Assembly (NCBI RefSeq): GCF_008831285.2
Contig: NC_045138.2
Coordinates: 36,146,001 to 36,210,000, forward strand
Source: Nymphaea colorata
Lineage: Eukaryota
DNA: 64,000 nt
Direction of reading: 5' to 3'
A model generated the notes under the pieces. It saw only the letters and a program-made list of their open reading frames with translations. It was not told the origin of the DNA and did not search any database. Positions 39,415-50,066 of this stretch are shown here, piece after piece. Within the stretch, counting starts at the first letter, position 1. Each line of letters begins with the position of its first letter. The translations under genes were made by a program, and so were the position numbers.

Positions 39415-39453
39415 GTGATCAGAATAGCAAGGGGCAATGGAAGTGAACTGTAG
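39415..39453 (+). other. Isolated exon-like segment (strong acceptor) reading VIRIARGNGSEL*
   Basis: Long polypyrimidine tract tttttattttttcttcctgtgcag|gtgatc. The phase-0 reading is compatible with the donor at 18741. Confidence 0.3.
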
Positions 39454-41384
39454 AAACTTTGACCAGAAAATTTACAAAGATTTAGGAAAAGGTTTGTAGA
39501 TGATGTGTGTGGAGGACAAGTCGGTCAACCATAACTTGAGGAAATGCTCATGATGGATAGCACAGGAAACTTAGCTCAAGGAAGTGTTCCTGTTGTTCTA
39601 TACTTGAAACTTGCATGGCATAGGTGGTCAGCTTGAGTGGTGTACTGTGTACATTCTTGTGGATGTTTTTTTGGACCGCAAATTATCATACATGAAATTA
39701 TGAAACTCAAGTTGAAAGGTGTATCATAAGACAACTCAAGTCTCGAAGCATCTCTAAACCATGGTGGTAGAGAAAGACGGTGGTCTACCCCTCCAGTCTG
39801 CTCACTCTTTTTTTGCAATTTTGTTAGTAAGAAGATGCCTGAAAATTGTGGAGATTGGCCGTTCTGTTAAGTTGTAGTTTTGGTAGGTCTGGAACTGGTG
39901 AGCCCGTGCACTTATTTCCAGTGTTTAATTTGATCTGTTAGTCATAAACAACGTATACAGGTGCATGTTGGACCGACCCACGCCTCACCTGCACAGGTAC
40001 CTTTCCTCCTCCATGGCCTTATGTCTGTCCCTTATTCGGCAAAAAAGGTCGTTGACTTGATGACCTTAGGTCTCTGCTGCAATTTCTCTTTTCATGTTAA
40101 AGTTGCAGTTGTGTGTGGTTTCTTACTTGCGGATTTACTAAACTCTTATACTAGAAGTGATTCGAGCAAGTTGCTGCCTTTCCTTTGAGCAGGTGTGCAC
40201 GATTGAGGTTTATTTATTAACTTCAGCTTTAGCTTTTTAAATGCTCCAAGCAGAGCACGATGGCAGCAGAGTACTGGTGGCTTTATTGCAGCTTCTTTTC
40301 GCAGGTTATGACTAACAATACAGCTCTTTAGACAGGCAACTATAGTTGGCAAACCTATATGATTCGAAGATCACCATGTCAAAGAGTTGACATAGTAACT
40401 CGTCCGGGATAAGTAGTAAAATCTTATTTCTTCGAATAAGGTTCTGGAATTGCATTTCAGAATTTGTATCCGGGGATTTCATTTCATGGTCTTCAGACTG
40501 ACCCTTAGGTAAAATCGAATTGAATGCAGTTTGGAGCGGGCGAAATGTTTAAGATTCTCTTGATAGGTTTTACAGGGTTCCATTCTGGATTTCTGCGGGA
40601 ATAAAATTAGGTTCTTTTTCTAATTTTTAGCATGCTCGAAAATAGGTCTGTCAATACAATTTTAGGGAACTGGTTATATACTGATCTTTTATTTTTCGGT
40701 TCCGCAAATTCAGGAAATGGAGGAATTGAGAAAACGAAATGGATATTCAAATAATCAATTGGTTACCCCGATTATCCTAGTTTTATATCTCATGTTTCGT
40801 TACACAGTCACTTATTCGTAAAAAACAAACGACGCAGGATAACGATAGTCTTACTTTGTTATCGCTTCATAAATACTTATCTCTTTTCTTACGGACCTCA
40901 ATTCTTTTTTTCTTTCACCGCAGATAAACTGGAATGTGGAATCGCTGATAACCAACCACTAAGGTTGTGTTTGTTGGACTGATGCCTGTGGTGACCTCAA
41001 ATTCATGGAATTATGGTGGACTGCTTCCCTCTTCCTACTCAATCCAAGCTTTAATCCTTGGTTTTCAACATAAAGCAATGCTATTGAGATCCTTAATTTG
41101 TTTAAACTGCGGATCTCCTAAAACACACATTTTTATGCAGTTTAGGTTCAAGACAATCAAATGATTATCAAGGCCGAATAATAGGTGACTAAACCTAGGT
41201 TTTGCTCATGTTTGCTTCTTTAATTAAAATAACAAAATGATAGAAATTTTGACAAAATCATCGAAGCATACGTTTTCGATTTTATAGTTGATAGAAAAAG
41301 TGGTAATAATTTTTTTGTTTCATATATGTGTATAGAAGAGTATAAATTTTTTTTGTGCGCATTAGAAAGGAGTGAATAGACTCT

Positions 41385-44300
41385 AACCGTGGATGGCGCA
41401 GCTGTGTGGGAGTCTGCGTCTTTTAATATCTTATGGACTGAAAGATGGTGGAGCAGCCAAATGAAGAACTGTTGGCGTGGATGCTGATGCAGAAGTCATC
41501 ATCAGTGGTGGACAGCATCTGTTGTGTGGGAAGAAGTGTTGCGCATCTAAACGTTAGTAGAATTATTTTTGGTAATCGTGGTGTGGTTGTTGTCTGAACG
41601 GAAATCTGCTGTGTGGGAAGAAGCGTTGTCCATCTACACGTGAGTGAATTTATTTTGTAGTCGTGGAGTGGCTGTCAGCTGTGGACAGCAACCTGTTGTG
41701 TATTTTGTAGTCGTGGAGTCGCTGTCAGCCGTGGACAACAACCTACTGTGTGGTTATTTATATTTTATTTGGAAGAAGTGCTGCTCATCTACACAAATTT
41801 TTTTTTTTTTTTTCTGTGGTGCTAGTCCTTGTTTTTTTCCTGATCAGCCTTATTCTGCTCTATATATTCTCTTTCGGTTGAACTATTGTGGACAGATTTA
41901 TAATGGCTGAAAATCCCAAACCTGATTTCTCTCATGAGTTTAAAATTAGAGGCAATCCATTCTCATACGGTTCTACAGTTAAATTGGATGGTCTTAATTA
42001 TGAAATCTAGTCGATATCATTCATGATGTCAGTCATTGGACATCGAAAAAAATATTTACTTGAGGAAGATGAACCAGTTATCAAGACTGGAAAGTATGCT
42101 TCATGGGAAGAGGATAACAGCATGGTTACTTGGATCATGAATAGTGTGGACTCTTCTATTTCTCCTACCATTGCCTATTATACTACTGCTAAAGAGATGT
42201 AAGATTTTTTACGTGAAACTTATTCACATGACAAGAATATGGGCAAAGTATTCTAGGTAGAGGAAGAACTATACAAACTACAACAGGGTGATATGAGTTT
42301 CCCCCAATATTTTGCAGCAGTCGATGTCACTTTTGAGCGACTAAAATTCCTTCGGCCTCCATATACGTCGTGCTATAAGACTCATTATGAGTATGGTTTC
42401 CAAGTTTTTGGCAGGTCTTTCTCCATAATATTCAGTGGCAAAGGCACAGATGCTCACTGGGAGTGATATCCCTGGTTTGGCAGAGGCATATAATAGGATA
42501 AGTCGTCTGGCAGTTACTCTACCTCAGTCTGTCAGTGACACACCCACATCAGCATTGGCTGCATCTAATGGGCATGGGTCAAGTTCTTCTTCTGTCTCTA
42601 GAGGAAGAGGCACATGTAGGGGGTTCGGAGGACGTGGCAAATTTCACTATACCCATTGTGGACAGGTGCTGGGATATCTAGGAGGCTCACAGGGAAGAGG
42701 GTCTAAGACTCCCACAGGTAGAGGTACTTCATCTTGAGTTCCTACGGGACTGGCTCAAGTAGTAGCTATTGGAGAGAATCAATCTACATTTGAGTCTTTC
42801 TCTCTTAGCCTGAATAAGGCAGAGTATGAGCATATATTATCTCAAAGAGCTGCTTCATCTTCCACATTAGTCTCTGCCTCGTCTAGAATAGTTGGTTCTG
42901 CTCTTTCTTTTGTTTCACACGACCCAGGTACAATTTGGATGATTGATTCAGGTGCCTTGAGGCATTTTTGTAGTCGGCCGCATTTGTTCTCTTCACTGAC
43001 CAAGTTTGATCGGCTACGGTTTGTTAAATTAGCCGATGGCAGGTTTTCTCCCATTATGGGAAGTGGTCATGTTAAAATCTCTCCATTATTAAGTTTATCA
43101 AATGTTTTATATATTCCAGAGTTTCCTACAAACCTATTGTCAGTACAGCAGCTAACATCTAGTTTGTCATGTAAAGTCATGTTTGACTCTAATTCTTGTA
43201 CATTTCAGGACTTACAAACTGAGAAGATAATTGGTGGAGGTCATGAGCAAGGGGGAGTCTACCTTTTGTCGACATCTGTGGATTCTGCAGCTATTTCTAT
43301 GTCTCAAAAACCCACTCCATATCAATGGCACCTGCGGTTGGGTCATCCTTCTCCACCGACGTTGCGTCATGTTCTTCCCAATATGTCTATGTTTGACACC
43401 TTTGAGTGTGAAGCTTGTCAACTTGGCAAACACACTCGAAGTAGTTTTCCTTCAAGTGTGAGTCCATCCAGTCAGAGTCTTTTTGATCTTCTTCATGTTG
43501 ATGTGTGGAAGCCTAGTCGGGTTGCTAGTAGGTCTAAGTTTCGTTATTACTTAGTCATTGTTGATGATTATTGTAGAGTCAGTTGGGTATTTTTGTTGAA
43601 AGAGAGGTCTGATGTCATATGTATTCTCAAAAATTTCATTCTAGAAATAAAGACTCAATTTTCTTCTACTGTCAAATGCATTCGCACTGATAATGCCTTA
43701 GAGTTTAAAGCGTCCAACTTAATGCAATTTTACCACAATCATGGTATTCGACAACAGTTTACATGTCCTCACACGTCCCAACAAAATGGGGTTGCTGGGA
43801 GAAAACATTGCCAACTTCTAGGCATGGCTTGTACTCTTATGTTGCACTCTCATCTCTCTATGGGTTTTTGGGGAGATGTCATACTTACTGCTTGTTACCT
43901 GATCAATCGTTTACCATCCTCAGCTATTCAAAATGAAATTTCCATCCAAAGAACGTTTTCCAATCGACCATTATTTCACCTTCCTCCAAAGGTGTTTAGT
44001 TGTACTTGTTTTGTTCATGTTCTAGGCACACACAGGGATAAACTTGCAGCTCAGCCCATCAAGTGTGTTTTCATTGGCTATCCTTCTCATAAAAAAGGCT
44101 ACAAATGTTTTGATCCCTTAACTCATAAGGAATTTATGAGTGCGGATGTTACCTTTTTTGAGTCTCAACCTTATTACATTTCCTCTTGTCCTCCACAACA
44201 GGTGTCACCTTTCGTTCCTCTTCCCATTCCTCCCATCCCATTGGAGTCGGTTCCTTCTCACCTTGAGTCTGTGTCTCCCCCTAATAGTCGCTTTACATAT

Positions 44301-45370
44301 CCTCCGCAGACTTATATCCGTCGACATAAGGCTCCCACTGTCTCTCCACCAATGTCTCCTCAGGAGGTAAGCTCTCATGAAAACCTATATTATGCCACCC
44401 ATGGCTCTGATGGGGCTGATGACCTTCCCATAGCTCTTCGCAAATGCAAACGATAGTGTACTCTTGATCCTATATCTCAGTTTATTTCTACTGATCATAT
44501 TGGTGGTAGCCTGCAACAGTTCGTGTCAGTCTTGTCAGTGCACTCTGTTCCCTCTAGTCACCAACAGGTAGTACTTGACCCGAAGTGGCGGCAAGCTATG
44601 CAAGATGAGATGGAGACTCTACTACAACGAGGGACATGGGACTTGGTTGATCTTCCATCTGGTTGTGATGTCGTTGGCTCCAAATGGGTTTTCACCATCA
44701 AGTATTTATCCAATGGCTTAGTGGAATGCTACAAAGCTCGTCTTGTAACCAAAAGGTATACACAAACATATAGTGTTGATTTCTTTTAGACTTTCTCGCC
44801 TGTAGCTAGGATGGGGGCTATACGTCTTCTTGTGTCAGTCGCAGTGCATTATGATTGGCCCTTATATCAATTGGATGTCGAAAATGATTTCTTATTTGGG
44901 GATCTTGATGAGACTGTTTACATCCAGCAACCCCTTGGCTTTGAACGTCAATGGGAGTGTGGTAAGGTGTGCAGGTTGAAGAAAGCTATCTATGGATTGA
45001 AACAAAGTCCTCCTGCTTGGTTTCACAAATTCTCTGAAGTAGTGTTAGAATGTGGCTTTACGAGGTCTTTGGACCATTCGTTGTTCATCAAGAAATGGTT
45101 TAGAGGTACAGTTGTGCTAGTGGTGTATGTTGTTGATATTGTTTTGACAGGTGAATGTGAGCAGGAGGTAGCTCTAACAAAGCAGTTCTTGCAAAAACAC
45201 TTTGTTACCAAAGATCTTGGTCAGCTACGGTATTTTCTTGGCATCGAAGTTGCTCGTAGCAAGGAAGGAGTTGTGTTGTCGCAAAGGAAGTATGTTCTTG
45301 ATCTTTTACAAGACACAGGGATGCTAGGAGCTAAACTAGGAACTCTTCCTATGAATCCACGAGCTTTCTT
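41385..45370 (+). mobile_element. Decayed, truncated Ty1/Copia LTR retrotransposon internal region (gag, protease, integrase, RT)
   Basis: gag from ATG 41903 (VKLDGLNYEI*, WIMNSVD, LQQGDMS) with stops and frameshifts; protease WMIDSGA; WHLRLGHPS...CEACQLGKH; integrase LLHVDVW, IRTDNALEF and QQNGVAGRK (catalytic E replaced by G); RT KWVFTIK, YKARLV, QLDV, LKKAIYGLKQS, YVVD (for YVDD) and YFLGIEV. Homology stops at ~45370 before RNase H. No LTRs or PBS recognised. Confidence 0.93.
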
Positions 45371-46507
45371 CAATGTGGGTAAGGATGTCAATGGCTCACA
45401 TTCAATTGATAACCTTAGCAGTATTCATCTTTTTTTTTTATTTACATGTTTAGATTATAATATGAACAAAGAAAAATCATCTAAATCCAAAATTTGATTC
45501 TTATGTTCATATGGGAATTTGAATTTTGAATTGAATTTAAGTTATTTTAAAAATATAGAAGAATTGGATAATGGATATATGATATTTATTTATAGTTAGA
45601 TCCAAATTTGGATTTGATTGGATGTCCATTAAATAAGAGTCCAATCTGATTTTTAAATCCAATATTAATCTTTGTTATGTCCAATTCTTTTGAAACGGTT
45701 TGATTTGTTATTTAATTCAAGTTAGATATATAGACATTCTTAAAATGAGATTTGATTAGCTGAATGGCATTTCAAAGAATAGATACATCAAGGCATTCTC
45801 CCCATTGGGCACATGGCAACTTGATGAGAGGTTGAGATGACTGCCCTTACCCTTGTTTCTGAGTTCATGGCTGCTTTAGGATATGTCAAAAAGCAAAACA
45901 CTAGTCAGTTGGAGTTGGAGTTGGAGTGAAGTGCATTGACCATTTGCAATGTACAAAAGTAACTTTTATGAGAATTGAACTGGTGACTGATCATTTATTA
46001 GACTACCAATTCATATCATCATAGGAAATTGAATGTGCAACTTATTATTTTAATGGTTTTCAGAAGGAATTACCAATGAATCTGCATGCTTTAAAATATA
46101 CCAATCATAGCAAAATTTTTATTCTTTCTCATGACTTTCATTTGAACATAGAATTATATATGATTTTATTTGACATTCTAATTCATTCCATTTTCTTTTG
46201 AATGTAAAAGTTACGTTCACAAAAATGAAAGAGCCTACTTGTTAGGAGTTTTTTAATATTTAAAATTGTATTATTCTAATTAATTTATAATGTGTTCTTG
46301 TTTTTCAAAAAATTAAATTTTATTTTTTTGGCAATTTAACATGCCGGCTTCGCGAAGCTAATTGTCAAAAATTGAGAAAGAAAAAGTGGAGAAAGTACGT
46401 TAAGAGAAAGTGATGATGGCAACGGCTGAAAACAATTGCTCCGTAACTATTTACGCAAAATGAAAAATAATTAGTAATAATATTTAAAGATATTTAAAGA
46501 AAACATT

Positions 46508-46720
46508 ATGCACCAAAATGTAGATGAAAGTTCATGGAGGCAATGTCTGGTTGACAATCATGTGCGCAGATGGAGTAGGATTTTCACCGTGACAAGTTAT
46601 GCTGATGTTCTGTTATTGGATTATTTGAATGAGGAAAAGGAAGGTAATGAAGGAAGTTGGTTTGACAGATTTGAAGAAGAATGTGGGTTAGTTATAAAGT
46701 TTTGTTGTTTGTCTGTGCTT
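46508..46720 (+). repeat. Dispersed copy of the subtilase 3' UTR (14238-14517)
   Basis: Shared blocks: tagatgaaagtt..ggaggcaatgt.tggttgacaatcat.tg.gcagatggag, ctgatgttctgttattggattatttg, tgacagatttgaagaa and gtgctt. Confidence 0.85.
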
Positions 46721-47630
46721 TAAGACAAGAATCCAAGCTGATTACAGGTAAATGTCAAATCCTACACTAATCAAATCCGAATTAAGTTCTAAGTTATTCC
46801 AATCCGAACTCGATTAAATTGAATTCGGTAATTAAAAGGTGGATCTCAGACATTGGATGATTTCTCGGTTACTCCCAACCTCCGTTTACCATAAAATTTC
46901 AGTTTTTCTTTTCGATGAATGTGCAGAAATAATAATGGAGGAAAAATCATTCCTCCAAATTTCCCGAAGCATCAAATACAGTCATTTATTTTAGATCCAT
47001 ATAACTTATTGATGTTTAAGATAGAAAAGGGGCGCCAGTGATAGTCATCTTTAGAGTTCGAGTTGCCGTTGGTTAAGTTTCACGAAACTTGAAGCGCTGT
47101 CGTCTGAAGGGGCGCGCTCCGACTCCCCGTCGTTTCGCCGTCGTTGCCATCGTTTCATTGTTCGATTCATTTTGCATAAGAAGATGGGCGCTTTCTGGTT
47201 CCTTCTTCATCCGCTCCCTGTTCCTTTATCGTCTTGTGGCTGTTGCTTCGGTCGGTACGTCCATCCGTTGTTTCTGTTCCGTTTCTGACATAATCTTAGA
47301 AGCATTTAATGCCCTTCACGAGAAGAGAAGATGCTTGAGGTTTTGCATGGTTTCGTTTCGTTGCTTCTCTTTTCACCTTTCATCTATGAATCTCCACCAT
47401 CGACCTCGTTCCATTACTGACGAACATTTTTTACTGGTGTTTGGTATTCTATCTTCCTAGCTTGCAAATCAAAGGTATCCTCAAGCTTCATTTATTTCTC
47501 TTCTCGTAGTTGTCGCTGCTTTTGCTTGCTTGCTTTCTCAATCAGGTCCAGGTCTTGCTGAACATTTACAGCACCGTATCTCCTTTTGTGGTAAGGACAG
47601 GGGGGAGTGCAATTTTCTACTTGAGCTACA

Positions 47631-50066
47631 ATGGAGCCGAAAGGATCGAACTGGCTGCCCACTTCATCCTTACCACCTGGATCAACCGCCCTTCCGACTT
47701 CATCCTCACCACCTGCGTCGACCACCGTCCCTGCTTCATCCTCACCACCTGGATCAACCGCCGTCCCCAGTTCATCCTCACCACCTGCGTCGGCCGCCGT
47801 CCCCGTTTCATCCTCACAACCTGCGTCGACCGCCGTCCCCGCTTCATCATCACCACCTGTTCGCCCCCTACGCCCGCAGCCTCCATCGGACGGGTTTAGC
47901 GGCGTGACGATGCGCAGGCCTTCCTATTATAGTTTCATGGCTGACCGTCCCTCTAGCCGTCTACTGCTTGGTTGGCGAACTCAGGATCCCGCAGTCATAC
48001 GCTACGATCCCCGTGCCACTTCTCCGACACCAACTTTTCCTAGTCCCATGGTTCGCAGCCCTCCGCCTCGGAGGTGTCGTCTTCCGGCGCCACAAGGTTC
48101 CTACATGCCTGTAACTGAGCATGGGACTCCGGGTTTCATAACTCCTTCTCCAGACGTATTAAAAACTCCACGCCATCACGGTTGTGGCTTGTCGAGCTTT
48201 AGTTTATCTCATGGCCACCCTTCTGCATCAGATATGTCTACTCCCCAACAAGTGCCAACAATAATTTCCCCTTCCGGCACTTCAGCTTCATCATCTTCAT
48301 CTTACTTCAGAACAGAGGCGCCTTATGAGCACGTGAGCTACGGCCGGGGTCCAACTCAGGCGACCGAAACAAGGCGCGTCGGCGACATCACTGACTCCAT
48401 TATTAGCAAATTCGATTTCAGGATCGGTGACACACAGGAAGCTGGTAGCCGCAGCGCCGGCAGAAGTGGCAGACTCATCTTCCAGGAGGCCCCTATCGAT
48501 CGAGAGTCTGTGGAGAGGACGTTAATGGTGTACCATGCTCTAAGACGGAGATACCTCCAACTGGAAGAGGCTGAGATCAAAAAGGACGGCGACCGCCGCC
48601 ATAATAGCTTCCACGCCCATCTTCAGGCCGCCGTAAAGATGAAGGATAAGAAGCTTCGACTGACCGAAGAGAAGCGACTGACCGAAGAGAAGCGCATAGG
48701 AACGATTCCAGGAGTGGAAGTTGGCGACATGTACTATTACCGTGCGGAGATGACCATGATTGGACTTCATTCGCCCGGAGAAGCAGGCATAGATTACACG
48801 ACGATCAAATTGAACGGAGTGGAAGACACCGTCGCCATAAGCATAGTCACGTTCAGCGGCCATGAAGGCGACGTCGACGACGGGGAGGTCCTCATTTACA
48901 GAGGCCATGGCGGTCACAAGAAAGGGAAGAAGACCCCCGACGATCAGAAGCTAGAGAGAGGAAACCTGGCGCTAGATCGAAGCATGAACAGGGGAGTAAA
49001 AATCCGCGTCACCCGCGGATTCAAAGACCCGACGCACATGACCAGGAAGGTGTACGTCTACGACGGACTGTACAAGATCATGGAATCATGGATGGAGAAA
49101 AACAGCGAGGGCTTCAACGTGTATAAGTGCAAGCTAGTGAGGCTACCAGGGCAGCCTACTCTGGGCAGCCTGATATGGAAACTGACGCAGAGATGGAAGG
49201 AGAATCCATCTTGCAGAGATGAAGCATTAGCTACTGACATATCTATGGGCCGGGAGACGAATCCGATCTGCCTCGTCAATGGCGTGGATGATGAGCGCGA
49301 GCTGCCACCTTTCGTCTACATCAGCAAACTGCGGAATGCCGTCGCCATCCGCTTATCCAGGCCGGCCCGTGCTTGCAAATGTGTGGAAAGATGCAAGCCC
49401 ATGACGGATGCATTGTGCAGTTGCTTTCGAGCCAACGGCAACGAGTTTCCATATGCCAACAACGGAACTCTGGTTCGCCGGATGCCGGTGGTTTTCGAGT
49501 GCGGAAGCAGCTGTACGTGCGTCTGCGGCTGCCCCAACAGAGTTTCTCAGCAGGGTCTGTATTTCCATTTCGAGGTGTTCAGAACGCGGGACAGAGGATG
49601 GGGGCTGCGTAGTTGGGATCTCATACCCGCCGGCGCATTCGTCTGCGAACTTGCAGGTGAAGTAACGACAAGGGAGAAGGTCCTGACAGATGGGGACGAC
49701 GAGTATGTGTTCGATACTGAACGTGCGACTGCAAGGCCGTTAGAGTGGGAGGGCATGTATGAAGTTATCGGTGAAGCGAGGCCGCAGAGTTCCGGCATAG
49801 ATGTGGGGGCTATTTCCATCGTGGCCGACGCTCGGAGAACGGGCAACCTCTCTCGCTTCATCAACCATAGTTGTTCGCCGAACGTCTTCTGGCAGCTGGT
49901 GGTGTACGACAGGCATGGCTTGATCTTTCCCCGCGTCGTCTTCTTCGCGATGAAGAACATTCCGCCGCTGACGGAGTTAACTTACGACTATGGAGTCAGT
50001 GGGAAACCGGAGGCCGGCAAAAAATGCTTGTGCGGCTCAGCAAATTGCAGAGGCAGGTTCGGGTAG
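47631..50066 (+). CDS. SUVH-family histone H3K9 methyltransferase-like protein (SUVH1/3-type; SRA/YDG, pre-SET, SET, post-SET), intronless CDS, 811 aa
   Basis: SRA: IGTIPGVEVGDMYYYRAEM..IGLH..GIDY, DQKLERGNLAL, YVYDGLYKI, KLVRLPGQP. Pre-SET Cys clusters (CKC..C, ECGSSCTCVCGCPNRVSQ). SET: RGWGLRSWD, RFINHSCSPN, ELTYDYG. Post-SET: CLCGSANCRG. An intronless CDS is typical of this clade. Confidence 0.93.
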   Translation: MEPKGSNWLPTSSLPPGSTALPTSSSPPASTTVPASSSPPGSTAVPSSSSPPASAAVPVSSSQPASTAVPASSSPPVRPLRPQPPSDGFSGVTMRRPSYYSFMADRPSSRLLLGWRTQDPAVIRYDPRATSPTPTFPSPMVRSPPPRRCRLPAPQGSYMPVTEHGTPGFITPSPDVLKTPRHHGCGLSSFSLSHGHPSASDMSTPQQVPTIISPSGTSASSSSSYFRTEAPYEHVSYGRGPTQATETRRVGDITDSIISKFDFRIGDTQEAGSRSAGRSGRLIFQEAPIDRESVERTLMVYHALRRRYLQLEEAEIKKDGDRRHNSFHAHLQAAVKMKDKKLRLTEEKRLTEEKRIGTIPGVEVGDMYYYRAEMTMIGLHSPGEAGIDYTTIKLNGVEDTVAISIVTFSGHEGDVDDGEVLIYRGHGGHKKGKKTPDDQKLERGNLALDRSMNRGVKIRVTRGFKDPTHMTRKVYVYDGLYKIMESWMEKNSEGFNVYKCKLVRLPGQPTLGSLIWKLTQRWKENPSCRDEALATDISMGRETNPICLVNGVDDERELPPFVYISKLRNAVAIRLSRPARACKCVERCKPMTDALCSCFRANGNEFPYANNGTLVRRMPVVFECGSSCTCVCGCPNRVSQQGLYFHFEVFRTRDRGWGLRSWDLIPAGAFVCELAGEVTTREKVLTDGDDEYVFDTERATARPLEWEGMYEVIGEARPQSSGIDVGAISIVADARRTGNLSRFINHSCSPNVFWQLVVYDRHGLIFPRVVFFAMKNIPPLTELTYDYGVSGKPEAGKKCLCGSANCRGRFG
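47658..47858 (+). repeat. 36 bp coding minisatellite (~5.5 copies) in the SUVH N-terminus
   Basis: Encodes PTSSLPPGSTAL / PTSSSPPASTTV / PASSSPPGSTAV / PSSSSPPASAAV / PVSSSQPASTAV / PASSSPP. Confidence 0.92.

Noticed and set aside
45965..46015. tRNA/SINE-like fragment on the - strand
   Set aside because: Only a loose B-box-like match and no cloverleaf.
47492..47907. Alternate-frame His/Arg-rich repeat ORFs
   Set aside because: Shadows of the 36 bp SUVH coding minisatellite.
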